DNA of 60,693 nt, the filler included, from Basidiobolus ranarum (lineage: Eukaryota), in assembly GCA_040143965.1 (NCBI GenBank). It is 6 parts of 6 records of this genome, joined end to end, with 100 filler letters (N's around TTAATTAATTAA, not from the genome) between each part and the next. Parts side by side here need not be neighbours in the genome. Positions count along the whole stretch, not along the records: positions 20,292 to 30,332 come from JASJQH010007626.1; positions 30,433 to 40,462 come from JASJQH010007627.1; positions 40,563 to 50,580 come from JASJQH010007628.1; 3 more parts are not named here. One strand, given 5' to 3'. Each line of letters starts with the position of its first letter. Within the stretch, counting starts at the first letter, position 1. The position numbers were made by a program, and so were the translations under genes. The notes under the pieces are model-generated. The model saw only the letters and a program-made list of their open reading frames with translations, did no database searches and was not told where the DNA came from. Below, in pieces: positions 29,267-42,236 of this stretch.

Positions 29267-30191
29267 ATGAAGAGATCTGGCGACGAATTTTCTGATGAGC
29301 AACACGAGCCTAAACGCCCACCAAGTTACGCTACTAGCCCATCTAATACCTCGAACGGAACTTCTCAAACTGTACCTGTTTCCCCATACATAGCCAATAG
29401 TCCCGGTACCTCATCGCCACTATACAAGCAGAGAGATTCCAAAAAGTTCACCGGATGTTCACGTTATGAGGATTATGAGATAGAGAAAAAGCTCGGCGAA
29501 GGAACTTTTGGGTAAGTGGATGAGACTAGAAAATTCTTAACATAGCTATTGTTAGGTTTTATAAAGAACACATTTCTCTAATCTTACTTTTGGGAATTCT
29601 GAAATTAGTGAGGTCCACAAAGCACGCCATAAGGTCACTGGTGAAGTAGTCGCGCTAAAGCGCATCTTGATGCACAACGAAAAAGAAGGAGTAAGATAGC
29701 TTTTTCTAAGCACCCTTGTACATGTGCTATTATTTCCCTTTGTACTTCACTTACAGGTACTTGTATCCAGGTCCCCATTACTGCTTTACGTGAGATAAAA
29801 ATCCTCAAAACTCTGAATCATACCAATGTGATAAACCTCACAGATATGGCTATTTTACGAGGTTTGACACTAAATTCGTGGCCCATTTGCTGAGTGTATC
29901 GTAACATCTATCTCTTCAATTTTGGTTGTCTTTATCTAGGCAATCGTCTTCACAGACAACGCGGTGCTATCTACATGGTGTTCCCATATATGGATCATGA
30001 TTTAGCGGGCTTATTGGAAAATCCGAACGTGTCATTCACAGTGCCACAAATCAAACTGTACATGCGCCAATTGCTAGAGGGAATGATGTACCTACATAAT
30101 GTACGCACACTATCTGTAATCATCTCTCTTATTTCTAAACTAACTATAATACGCACTGAATAGAACAAAATTCTTCACAGAGATATGAAAG
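29267..30191 (+). CDS. Cyclin-dependent kinase Bur1/Sgv1/CDK9 family, 5' part only (contig ends in intron)
   Basis: [40 protein letters not shown] (PITALRE signature), [24 protein letters not shown]. Confidence 0.93.
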
Positions 30192-30332
30192 GTAAACAAC
30201 AAGTCTCGATCGCCATTCTATCGGTCAGACACGACTTTTCGGCACTCCAATGTGTAGATGAGATCTCTGCTTAACGAGTAGAGATTGAGTATTGAGAGAG
30301 TGGTATGCTTGTAAGTACTGCTTTAGTCGACG

Positions 30333-30432
30333 NNNNNNNNNNNNNNNNNNNNNNNNNNNNNNNNNNNNNNNNNNNNTTAATTAATTAANNNNNNNNNNNN
30401 NNNNNNNNNNNNNNNNNNNNNNNNNNNNNNNN
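30333..30432. other. Artificial 100-nt contig spacer
   Basis: N-run/TTAATTAATTAA/N-run. Confidence 0.98.
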
Positions 30433-31642
30433 AATCGGTAAACTAACCAGTATCTACCAAATTGGAAGGAATGTGGTACTAAATATACACTAGGTTTTAG
30501 TTTAATTAACGCATATAAACCAGAATTTAAGTAGTTCATCATTTGTAGTAAGTCTATAGCTGGAATCTACGCATTTGGAATCGTGTATTCAGGGCATCTT
30601 TTCATACCAAATATCAACCAGGGTTCAGTTTAGGGTGTATACTATGGATGCAATTGCGCCTTTTGTTACCTCGGGATTCACTTGATATATGGGAAATGTC
30701 TATTCATACACATCGCTTCTGCGTATATGTGGCAATTATCAGTTATAGAACTTCTCCACAAAACGGAGTTCATCCACATAGGAGTTGCTCTTCCTATGTA
30801 TCAGGGCCAAGCATAATGATGCATGATTCAAATACTACTTCTCCTGCAAGGATAGTCACCTAAATTCACCTTGATTTCTCAGTGACGTGATGTTCGGCAG
30901 TGCTGTCAAACATCATATGAATTCATACCTCTTGTAATCATTATTTTAAAGAGACATTAGGGTAATATGTGTTTCACTGCCTAGGGCTTGAGTACGTGAG
31001 GTCTGGGTATATGAGAGGAAGGGGTGACGTATGACTGTGGATGCTACTGACATCAACCAACACGCCTGCTATTCTTAGATCTAAATATATCCATATAGAA
31101 ATATATTGAAGCGCAAGAAGTAAAATACAATAATCGATTTTTAATTGATACAATGGAATAAACTGGAATTAAACGAAAGCAGCGTTCGGGTTAACAACTC
31201 ACTTGTATCAAGTGTTTAACTATCCCTTACGTCAAGAATATATTAGAATACTAACATTGAGCCACTTTGGAAATGGCTATCTATTAATTATCATGGCTAC
31301 AAAAGAAACTAAAAAACAAATACAAATGCGAAAGGAGGAAAATGGTTTTGGTCGGTCGGATAAATGACCAAAGTTTTGAACAATCACGCCTGCGCTGATA
31401 TTCGGGAGCGATCATAAAAGTTACAAAGTGCCGGGAGAGCGAAGCAAGTACAAATGGAAAACCCCCCATCCTCCTATCTCCGTAAAGAAGCAAAGTAAAT
31501 ATATCTACTTATATATACAATATAAGTGGTGCTGATGAAAAGGGTAACCCGCAGTGAATACTAAATACTCATAAGATGTGTATGGCTGCTCTACTGTTTT
31601 ACATCTAACCAAAAGTTGTATCTTTCACTCGCTATCATCCAA

Positions 31643-33271
31643 TTACTGTTGAGAGGTCATAGGCATTGTTGAAGGAACTGAGGGACTTGCATACACCGAG
31701 TGAGATTGGAAAGATAAAGATGAATCGTTACTTGCCCCAGAATAACCTTGGTTTGATATTGATGGGGCTAATATCATTGTGCTTAGAGAGCTAGAAACAT
31801 TTCCGGAAACTGAGAATCGTGATGAACTCTCGTCAGTAAATGAATGAGACTGAATCACTGGTGGCTCAATCATATTCGAGGAGGTTTGCATGCCTTGCAT
31901 TTGAAGATTCGTTAATGTGAACGAACCGGTATTCACACTCATCTCAGTATCATTGGATGGCAAGCTGATGACTTCTCCAGTAGTATGATTGTTCATTGTA
32001 CTAATATCTTCGCCAGGTTTGGGCGGGCTGAAAAACGAGGACTCCGGGTGGTAGTGGTGGTATTTAAAATCATGCTGCACGTTCAAATCATTAGGACGAA
32101 AGAATTGTGGATTATTATAGTAAGCTACCCCATGTGGATTATTGTTCTGGAAATTTTGGGAATACACATGAACTGGTCTGGTCATTTCGTGTCCTTTAAC
32201 ATGCTTTCGTAACGAACGAGAGTGATAATATGCTTTCCCGCATCCAGGTACTGGACAAATATATGGACGAATGTTCGAGTGTGTTTTAACATGTGTAGCC
32301 AGTGAATCAGGCCTTGAGAATCGCTTTCCACAGTCTACATATATAGTTTAGTGTCATATAATATTGATGTGTTCTTAAAAAATGGATCTCACCTTCAACC
32401 GGACATTGAAAAGGTCGTTCCCCGGTATGCGTTCTCATATGATTGTACATTTTGTGACGTTTTGTGAATGGTTTTTGGTTTCGCGGACATCCTTGCCATT
32501 CACATTTGTACGAAGCCTAAATAATTGTTCAGAATTGTTTAGCGTTCCATCATGACTGCGGAAGTTAAGCATCTATAACAAATTTACCTTTCCACTCCCT
32601 ATATGTTCTTGGCCAATGTGAGATATTAGAGTCTCCAATACAGAATAGACTTTATTGCATCCATCCCAGAGACAGTCAAACTGCTCTTGATTAGATGGAT
32701 CATCATTAAGATCTGGTGAATCGGATGGAGATTGCTTGGTTTTCGCTAGTTCATTTTCAACGTATTTCAGTTTCTCTATTAACTCTTCACGAGTTAATTT
32801 ATCCAAAGACTCTTGCTTCTCAGTTGATTTTGTACGCTTTTCAGGTAAGCTATTCCGTCTGGGCAAAGGATCCGCGCTGCCCACGTCGCCTGAGTAGGCT
32901 TCATCTTGACTATTACAAGAAATGGACTGTCTCGTGTGAATATCATACTGCTTCTTACTCTCTTTGTATGAAACGGGATAATCAAATAGCCTACGCGCTT
33001 TGGAGTCATTATCTCCTTCGGGTCTTAGGTTGAACGCTTCCAACTGCTCTGCAGTGAAGCCTGATAAGCCAGGAACTGAGGTTAGATTCAGAGAAGACAT
33101 TTGCATCAGAGCCTCTTGTTGTTTGAACATTTCGTTCTGGGTAGTGTTTCTTAGTAGCTGCTGTTGAGTATGTTCAGGGAATTCCAAGGAATTTAATTCA
33201 GGTGCAGAGTATTGACGATAGTGACCAAGCTTTTTTCTCATTACGTATAATAAATCAGTGTTTTCGGTCAT
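31643..33271 (-). CDS. C2H2 zinc-finger transcription factor, GLI/ZIC-like tandem CWCH2 fingers; 3 exons
   Basis: Spliced fingers FDCLWDGCNKVYSVLETLISHIGQEHIG, YKCEWQGCPRNQKPFTKRHKMYNHMRTHTGERPF, QCPVEDCGKRFSRPDSLATHVKTH and YICPVPGCGKAYYHSRSLRKHVKGH, followed by a Ser-rich tail. Confidence 0.9.
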
Positions 33272-36200
33272 AGAAAGAATGGGTTTTTCGGATATAAAAG
33301 ATATCTACCTACTAGACATAAGCAGTGTATATTCAGTAAAGAAGGAAGCAAAGACGAGTTCTCTATCTGATTAGATGGCCACGGCGGATCCGGAGGTTTA
33401 TACATATATACTGTGCCGCTGATTCTGTGACATCATTATTATCCCTTTTTCCCCATAGATGTTCAAACCTGGTAAAAAGCAATAAGTATGGTCGCACAAG
33501 AGCTGTGTGTCTTAACCCAAAAATAATCCGATAAAACCAGATGTAGTGAATAATGTGAAATGTTATAAATTAAACTCTTTCATAATTTAAATTGGTGCGT
33601 AAATGATGAGTCTACGCGCAGTCTCTATAGACCATTGTGAAATATCATCCATACAGCCATAATACAGTGACGAAAACCATACAGATGGCCCATTCTGGAT
33701 ATGATAAGCATATCACAATGTCTCACATAAAAGCACTTGTTGCAACTTGTAAGTAAAACACTACGCAATGTGCGCGTGTATATATGTATGAGATCACTAT
33801 TGAAACAAAAGCAGCCAAGTTTAATTATGGAAAACGAATGTGAGCGGTGATCGGAACAAAGAAGATAAATATAGAAGCACTAGTAATCTGTTCCTATTTC
33901 TTGGCATTGTTTAGACTTACCGCCAATATAAATATTAGTGCTGAGGCGATGTATATGTTAGAATTGGTCGAGTCAAAACACATCAACACAGCCTCCCAAG
34001 TCTTATAGGCTGGGATTGTTGGGGCTAGATATATTGCAAAGCTTACAAGCCCAGAGCGGAACAACTCTTAAGTCAGCGTTTAAGATGAGACCTTTGTAGG
34101 CTGTTGCAGCAATGTTTGCAGCAATGCGAGAGCGCAATTAATTCAGCACGATACTGATGAGATTCAGTTTGATCATTGGCCTCACTCTAGCCGTCATCAT
34201 CAGGGAGCCTCTCTACCAACTGACATTAAAGGAGTAATATCTATTCTCTTCATCTCCGGACTTGTCTTGTTGTACTCAGAAAGCCCTCACACCCACCTAT
34301 TGGATCGAGAGCAGAACGACTCAAGAACATGGTTATCGTGTGAAAGAGCTTCTCAATGTTCACAACATAATTTCGTTTCACTTATGGTAGTGCACTTTCA
34401 TCACTATTGACATTTCTGACTTATTGGAATCATCGTACCTGCCAATTACAGCAGGGTAAAATGGTCACCATCGATTAATCGATCTTCTCTCTAGTCTCGA
34501 GAGCAAATAATGGGATGTACACGCATCGAATTAGTACCTAGTTTGTCATCTTCGCAGCTCTGAAATGAAGCACCCTGATGGCTCTTAGGGTTAGCCAATC
34601 CTCAACAGGATTAGGTCTGTATATGTGTGTAAGGATGAAACAATCCTATTAAAAAGAATCGATTGATTAGACCGATACAAACTTTGTCTATGTTTTGAGT
34701 AACTTGAGGGGCATTCTGGCAAATCATTAATCTCCATAACTTTGTTTCGTGGATGAGAGCAAATCACCTACTTTGTCCAGAGTCTTAATACAGTGTTAAA
34801 ATCTCATTGTCATATATAGTTCATTGACTTCTCTTTGGCTTTCGCTTACGTTTGCGCCGGAACAGTCAACTTCAAGTGATGACCTTTCGAAAGCTACCGT
34901 TGTTGTTATAAATATTCTGTTTTGGTGTACAGTTTTCAGTGTTATGCATTGGTCACTTTGTCTAGACTCAACAATCGTATATTCTCACTTAGGCTGGTGC
35001 TTGATACCGGTTGACACTGATATTGCTAAATATGAGCAGTATCCAGGTTCTCCTATTAGAGTGCATGAGGCGATGTGATCTCTGAGAGCAGGGGACTCAA
35101 GGCACTCCATGAAGTGATCCAGTATTGCTCTGTTATAGTTTTCTCAAAAGTCAGTGAGATATGAGTGCATGGTGTCTTTTCAGTCTCGTATCTGAGCATG
35201 CTAAGTTGATAAAATTAGCAACATTAGGCATTATGGGATGTAATAGGGTAGTTCGTTTCATTCGTAGCCCACTAGTTAAGCCTCTACACTTTTTTTGGTC
35301 TATATTCTGCTCCAGCAATACATGTATTATTTTCAAGAGAAAAAGACAATGATCTCATCATATGGCCTTCAAGTGCCAGGTAATGCTACTCTAAGCCATT
35401 CCTTTCTGCAGAAAGAGTGGATTCACTATGATAGCGATCGAGAAAATAGCATGCATTAGTAAAGTCATAGATCAATGCTCATTCAAAATATAGGCGTTTC
35501 CTCGTATCCAGTGATACCAACACCATTGTACTTGGTTATATAATACCTCGCATTAGTCTCTCATAAAGCTCCATATGAATAACTTTGCAATGAATTCAAA
35601 ACATAAGCAGTTCGTATTTCTGATATCCAATTAGATCCCATAATAGTAGCTTAACGACGGTTTTTAGTATTCAGATATAACTAGAACTTACTTTACAATT
35701 ATCGAGTGAGAGAATCCGGAAATGCCCTATTCCAACTATTGGCTTGTATCGAACCTCAAAGAAAAAGTAAGAGTAAGATAAATTCCTAAAGGTAGCAACA
35801 TATTTGTAAGCGGTAATGAAATTTATCATGAAGTACATATCTACCGTGAGTTCCAAGCTGGTAGTAAGTTGTACATTTGGGAATCGAAAACTGCCTACTA
35901 ACACCAATTAAGGATATATGAAGTAGGAACAAGACTCTGCTTGTAATGAATATTTTTCATCTACAATCTACTGTAGATGCAAGGGAAATTATGAAAAAAC
36001 TTGGGATTCAGATATATTCATAATTAGTTGAGTGCGAGCTTAGAGGCTTGTTATGTCTACCAATTTATTATCCCTATCTTTAAAACCTAACGACTGTATA
36101 TATGTCAGATATTTCTCAGCTTAAAAGGAGAGCATACATTCAGGGTATATATAAATTAGCTGTTGAAATTGAAATTTTTAAATTATCTAAATTCACCATA

Positions 36201-38871
36201 AGATGGCCCATTTTACTCCCACAGAGGTTCTAAATGCAACACTATCATTTGATTTTAGCATTACTGTCAAGAGTAAAAATACTTTAGCTTCTAGGCAATT
36301 AATAAGAATCTCATACTCATAACAACACTCTTTCTTGGAGTCTCTTCTGCGAACCTCAAATCCTCCCAACTGTTGAAATTAGCTTTGCCTATACACCTAT
36401 ATAGTCATATATAGCTTATTACTTAGTTATCTCATATTTCACCAAGATATTACCCATTATTCTCAATCGGAATTTACTTGAAATACTTTTACCAACTTAG
36501 AAGTTCTCAGATATATAGATTCTTCAAAGAAGCCCCAAACTTTGCACACATGTTCCTGGGACCTTCCTTAACACATTCTACACGTTAGTTTGTTTATATT
36601 TTGACAAAACTATGAATGTCAACTGAATACTCAATAAATCAATAAGTGAAAACACCAATATCTCTAATTCTCCAAACCACTTCCAACAGGCTCCCAAATA
36701 CTTTAACACCAACACCCCACCTGAAGAGCAATATATTTCTACTTCGCTTCATTCTGAGTTTAAATCAAAGTACTTTCAGTGCAGTATAATCATAATTGCC
36801 AACCACATCTTCCTTCTGTTCATGCTCAATTCAATGGTTACCAAGATGTTTTATTACTAATACTTTGTTAATCTAAGCTGCATTATATATGTTAATTAAT
36901 GACAAGCTTGAGGGAAAACTGTCAGCTATTGCAGAATGAAGATATCATATTAGTATAAAGATCTTGATGTCATGTGGTACAATCAGATAGAATGTATTGC
37001 TTTCACAATAAAGGAATGCAAAAGTTGGCTGAAAATGTTATTGTAGTAACGGATATATTTGGCTCAACATCATCAGATGTTCAGAAACATATAAAATTTT
37101 ATACAAAGTATGTCTCCAGCAAGATTGAACTATTTGCCCGCGTAGGCCTTAATGGATTTTTTCCAAACACAAGTGAGCCCTCAAGACAGCTACTTTGAGC
37201 TCTTCAAGTTAAGCCATCAACATCATATTTACTGACAATGCAATGGTAACCAACGATCTAAGGAGCGAGTTTGAGTGAACTTTTTGCACCTAAATTGGGA
37301 TATTTAAGGATACGGTAAAGACTGGATATATTTGGTAATCTAAGATAGGCTTAAAATAGGCTGTTCAAAATATGCTATATGAATGATTTTAGGTGGAAGA
37401 ACGGATGAGAGTTTGCAGATGCTTTCACAAGTAGTGTAAATACCCGAAGTAGGTCCTCTGTAAGTAACTTACAGACTGCGCTTTAAGAAATATGGTATAC
37501 AAAGCATATCTGAAGTGCTTTCCATGGTCATGATACATGGTATGTTCACTGAACGTAATCTGGGTAGTTCTATAGTGGAGAGTTAAACAGAAGAAAGGTC
37601 TTGCAAGAATATCAACATGAATGTCCTATCGAGTCATGCCTTATATTAATATGCTCAAGGAGCCTTAGTGTTTCTGATTTTCTGACTAGTTTTCTTTATG
37701 CGAACTTGGGTCTAAAAACAATGAATATATATAACAATCGGGTCAAGTTCGATAAATACAGTACAGTAGATCCAATATACGAAAGAAGTTAGAGCAAAGC
37801 CCATACGAATCACCCTGACTCACCGGCTTTTCACAGCTCGGATTATACGCCACAAACGCACTCTCCCGAATACTCCGTTATCAGATCTCTTTACCGAGTC
37901 AAGTAGCTAATTGTAAACTGTAACTGAGGTTGTATACCGTTACCGCAGTTGATGTTGTTACTAGAAATAGTAGGAGAATGTACTACCAATGCACGTATCT
38001 GTTAATGAAACTAACCTGATCCCAATTAAATGCTCTGAATAATTCTATCAGCAGGTGATTCGATACTTGTGTCATAAGGATGAGCTGTTACCATCGAATG
38101 TTTCAAGGAGTAAGCCTCATTTCTACACAAATCCATCATTGTTGCCAAAGTCACGGTTAGCGCAGCATTCGATAACCACTCAGTCATCCTACTTTGCCAC
38201 GCGTCGAACCCCTATAAATATATGTCATTCGATCTGATTGAGTCCTCAGCTCATGATCACCTTGGAACACAACTGTTAGCTCATGGCTTTTGGATTAGAG
38301 ATGATTCGCTGTGCAGGTTGATTATCGCAATGGTATTATGACCCTTCGTAGGATCAGGTTCTATTTTGCCGCCTTTTTTTTGAATCCAAAGTGAAAATTA
38401 ACGTGATCCACGTATTTGTCATATTAAGAAAGGCCCAATTTCCATCAATGGCTAAATTAAATGCCGGATGATCTTTGATTCATTCCTTACTATTCATTTC
38501 TGTCGATCTCAAGATTGAAACCCAAGTAGATGAGAGATGGGGTGACAAAGTAGAATAACGTTTCTAACGATTCCATTTCATAGATCAACCGAATCAATCT
38601 TTTTTACTTTACATCTGTAGAAATCATATACCCTTATATTCTTTTCCCAATCATTTTTGATGATTCTCGGGATAAATTCGGCGTTGTGCGCAGTATTGGT
38701 CATTTATAACCTTCCAAGTAGATTGAACTTCTGTTAGCTATTTTGGCTTTGTTGAACTTGAAGGAATCCTTGACTCAGATAACTTTATTCACAAACTATT
38801 GCTCACATACAGTCTGGTCCGTAATAGTCAATTGACTTCGTACCTTTGTCTTTAAAATATATATTGGCTAC

Positions 38872-40342
38872 ATGTCTTCTCAAATTGCCACCAATTCCAT
38901 GGATAAAGCTCCTACCATCGCACCCATCCATAAGATGGCATCTGCCTGTAGTGGAGCTTTAATCACCTCTCTTCTAGGTAAGCTGTTGCTTCGCATTCCT
39001 TTTAAGATAAAAGATTAACGTATGCCATTATATTTAGTTACCCCTCTTGATGTAGTCAAAACACGGCTGCAGTCACAGTCTTTCAATCCAAGCGTACCTA
39101 AGGTAGCTTATTGTTATGGGTCACCTCTATCCGTGGCTTGTATAGATACATACCCTTTAGTACCACACCGTGGTATCGCTGCATGCCGCTTGAAAGGACA
39201 CTCTACAATTTGCACACCAGTTTTACGCATTTGTGCCAGTGATTTTGCTATCGAAGATAGCAGACAATTTAAAGGAACTTGGGTAAATACAATATAACTC
39301 TACAGTTTTGAAATTTAAATATCTTTTCGTTTTTTCTAATTCCAATGTATAGGATGGTGTTGTAAAAATCGCCCGGAACGAAGGATTCACAAAGTTGTGG
39401 AAGGGACTCTCTCCTACACTGTAAGTACTTAATATGTATTATTCTTAATTCCTGTAACGGCTTAAATTAAGCCTCCAATGTTTAGGTTGATGCAAATACC
39501 TGCTACCGCCATTTACTATGTTGGTTATGATCATATGAGAGACTTCATTAAGTTGAATGTCCATGATCCGACTATTGACAAGTATAGTCCTCTGATTGTT
39601 GGATCTCTTGCAAGAAGTAGGTTTAGTAATGATTCATTTTTGATATATATACATTGACTAATTATGAATCCAGCTTGCGCAGCCACCTGTATATCTCCCA
39701 TAGAATTGATTAGAACCAGAGTCCAATCTGCAGCCACCGGCACTAGTTTACCTGGTAAAGACGAGTCTCTAGATACAAACTTTATTAGACTTTGGACCAA
39801 CACTTTTTGTATTTTCTAGAAGTCATAGCTGGTGTCACCGAGATGGTTAGACGCTCAGGTGTATCTTCTTTATGGAAAGGTTTAAGCCCGACCCTATGGA
39901 GAGATGTCCCTTTTTCAGGTATGTTATTGAATGCATTCATAGACGAGATCTATCCCATTCCTAAATTCCTTGCATAGGGTTATATTGGATGGGCTATGAG
40001 TCTATTAAGACAAGTCTCAAGAGTCACCATGAAGGCCAGATTTTGAGTCCCTCAGATGAGTTCCAACTCGCTTTCATCGCGGGAGCTGCATCAGGTTCGA
40101 TTGCCGCGGTCATGACCACTCCGTTTGACGTAGCCAAAACTCGAATTCAAGTAGATCCCGCCAACGATGCACACTCGAACAATAAACCCAAGATGTTTCA
40201 AATCATGAGGAATATCGCCAAACAGGAGGGATTTAAAGGGCTCTTTACTGGTTTAATTCCCAGAGTAGCTAAAGTTGCACCATCTTGTGCGATCATGATA
40301 TCCAGCTACGATGGGCTTAGGCCAATCCTTAATGTTGACTAA
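38872..40342 (+). CDS. MTM1: Mitochondrial carrier SLC25A39/40-Mtm1 family; last ~10 codons derive from an antisense gypsy fragment
   Basis: MASACSGALITSLLVTPLDVVKTRLQ, Cys-containing matrix loop, LWKGLSPTL, QIPATAIYYVGYD, SPIELIRTRVQ, LWRDVPFSG, TTPFDVAKTRIQ, PRVAKVAPSCAIMISSY. Confidence 0.9.
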
Positions 40343-40462
40343 CTTGAAAGGATCTAATTGGTGGCCTGTAGGAGTAACAATAAAACCAAGTAGATTGATT
40401 TTAAGATGAGCAAAGCTGCATTTTTCAGCATTCAGGATAAGTCCAGCAGAAGTAAGATGGTT
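40312..40462 (-). mobile_element. Ty3/gypsy reverse-transcriptase C-terminal fragment at contig end
   Basis: Manual translation NHLTSAGLILNAEKCSFAHLKINLLGFIVTPTGHQLDPFKLVNIKDWPKP matches the gypsy pol consensus GL.LN.EKC.F......LG..V...G...DP.K...I.DWP.P. No stops. Confidence 0.88.
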
Positions 40463-40562
40463 NNNNNNNNNNNNNNNNNNNNNNNNNNNNNNNNNNNNNN
40501 NNNNNNTTAATTAATTAANNNNNNNNNNNNNNNNNNNNNNNNNNNNNNNNNNNNNNNNNNNN
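40463..40562. other. Artificial 100-nt contig spacer
   Basis: N-run/TTAATTAATTAA/N-run. Confidence 0.98.
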
Positions 40563-40740
40563 AAATACTTTCTAATTCACTCAATTCGGAGTCAGGAAAT
40601 ACCTCGTCATAAGAAGTGTCCTTTGGTATAGATTGGGCTTTACTTGGTTTAGTGGTTTTATTCTTTCTAGGAAGGGATTTCTTTGGAAGGTCGTCAGGAA
40701 CTTTCTCAAGTTTGGTACGATTTCGACTACGTAATTGCAT
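40563..40740 (-). CDS. 5' end of an unidentified ORF cut by contig edge (host gene or retroelement gag-like N-terminus)
   Basis: ATG-initiated, open to the gap: MQLRSRNRTKLEKVPDDLPKKSLPRKNKTTKP...DSELSELES. Basic then acidic low-complexity sequence with no diagnostic domain visible. Confidence 0.45.
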
Positions 40741-42017
40741 AGTGAATATATAACACTACTTTAAATTTCTCTTAACTATATATACGTTGCAAGTGTTAAG
40801 AGGGGAACCTTGGGTTCACTCGTTGTTCTTGGAAGTAAAGTGGTTTAAAAAAAAAAGTACTGACTTTTTGGACGTTCACTTTCTTACCTCGATGTGATGT
40901 TCCAACGTCACATTTTCCCGTTTTTTTATAAAATTATGGAATCCGATCGCTTTGATCACCTTCCTTATCCGCTGCGCCTCATCGGGGATGGCTATTGGTT
41001 ACAAATCACTATCTATTACTAACATTTACTATGATCACCACAGTTACGATCTGAGCACACGTTATTTGAAACCAAATTTCTACAGAATTTTGACTAGAAC
41101 TGTGGCAAATAAGAGGTAATATAGGGGCACTTCAGATGGATCACTAAGAGCTGATGTATTATGCTCACACTTTCTGGCGAAATCCAAGAAGAAATGCTAC
41201 ACAAGCAATGGTAGGTCATGAAATTGAGAATTATTCAATGAAAGTCACTCTCAAGAAATTTCCCTGCTAGCAACAGATAGGTCTATATTCTAGGGCGCGA
41301 CAGATATCACCTTTGTGAACTTTCTCTCAGTTCACAGAACTCTAGAGTATCTTAACCTACCAGGGTCTTTCATCAATATTAAGGTTAACAACATATACGC
41401 GCCTCCGTGTATATTGAGTCCAGATAGGAATGTGTGCACCGAAAGACCTTTGCTTGGGTGCCTTGTCAGAAACGCCTCCTTGCTTCGAGCCCGTCAATAG
41501 TGAAGACGCTCTATGGAAATATGAATTGTGTGTTTACGTGTCAAATTATATACCCTCAGCTAACCGGGGCATGGAATACGCTGATGGTCTCCTTTGGAGT
41601 TTCCTGCAAATTAGTGTAACTCTACCCTTCATTAGCACCAAGAGAAGAGGTAGCTTTGGTATCTTTAAGTATCCTTTGAAGCTAGAAAAGCCCTATATTC
41701 CAATCTCTAATCGAGCTGTGATCCTCCAAGAATTCATCAACCATGAATTTCAATTAGTCAGCACCAGATCGCCTATACTTGAAGGGGAAATTTTGGTGCA
41801 CCATTTCTAGATACCATATATGTACGAACTAGTCTTTGAAGATCTCTATTAGTCGTATTGACTGTTTCATATATATACTCTTGCTTAGATCCATCGGATA
41901 TATCCTACTTTGAATAGACATGTAACAAAACGCATCCAGTCAGCAGCAATAGCTACACAATTGAAACAGCTAATGAAACTCTGAATTGTGAATAGGAAGC
42001 GTGACTTTTAACAGCCT

Positions 42018-42236
42018 TCAGATAAAGAGAGGAGGAAACGGGTAGAGGATTACAATGTGGGTGATAAGGTGGTTCACAAATTCAAATCCAAAGTCGCCTT
42101 AGAGTGTCACAAACAGAAAATCAAATGGTAAACTCAAGGACTCTTCTTACAGTATGAGGTCACCACTACGAACGCTTTAAGAATACGCAAGATGGATATC
42201 GATAGTACAATGCTGAAGCTTTCTGTGTCTATATAG
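42018..42236 (+). mobile_element. Degenerate Ty3/gypsy integrase C-terminal (GPY/F-like) remnant
   Basis: Manual translation SDKERRKRVEDYNVGDKVVHKFKSKVALECHKQKIKW*TQGLFLQYEVTTTNALRIRKMD resembles D..RR....(F/Y).VGD.V....K....W.GP(F/Y)...EV...NAYR. One in-frame stop. Confidence 0.5.

Noticed and set aside
40312-40740. One gypsy element spanning the gap (MQLRSR ORF as gag, RT fragment as pol)
   Set aside because: The orientation fits, but the two pieces are on different size-sorted contigs, so adjacency is arbitrary.
41315-41810. Degraded gypsy RT in ORFs 41315-41810 (LLWSFLQISV...SFGIFKY)
   Set aside because: Resemblance is faint, there is no YxDD motif, and spacing to the integrase-like remnant is far too short. 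It cannot be supported without an HMM search.
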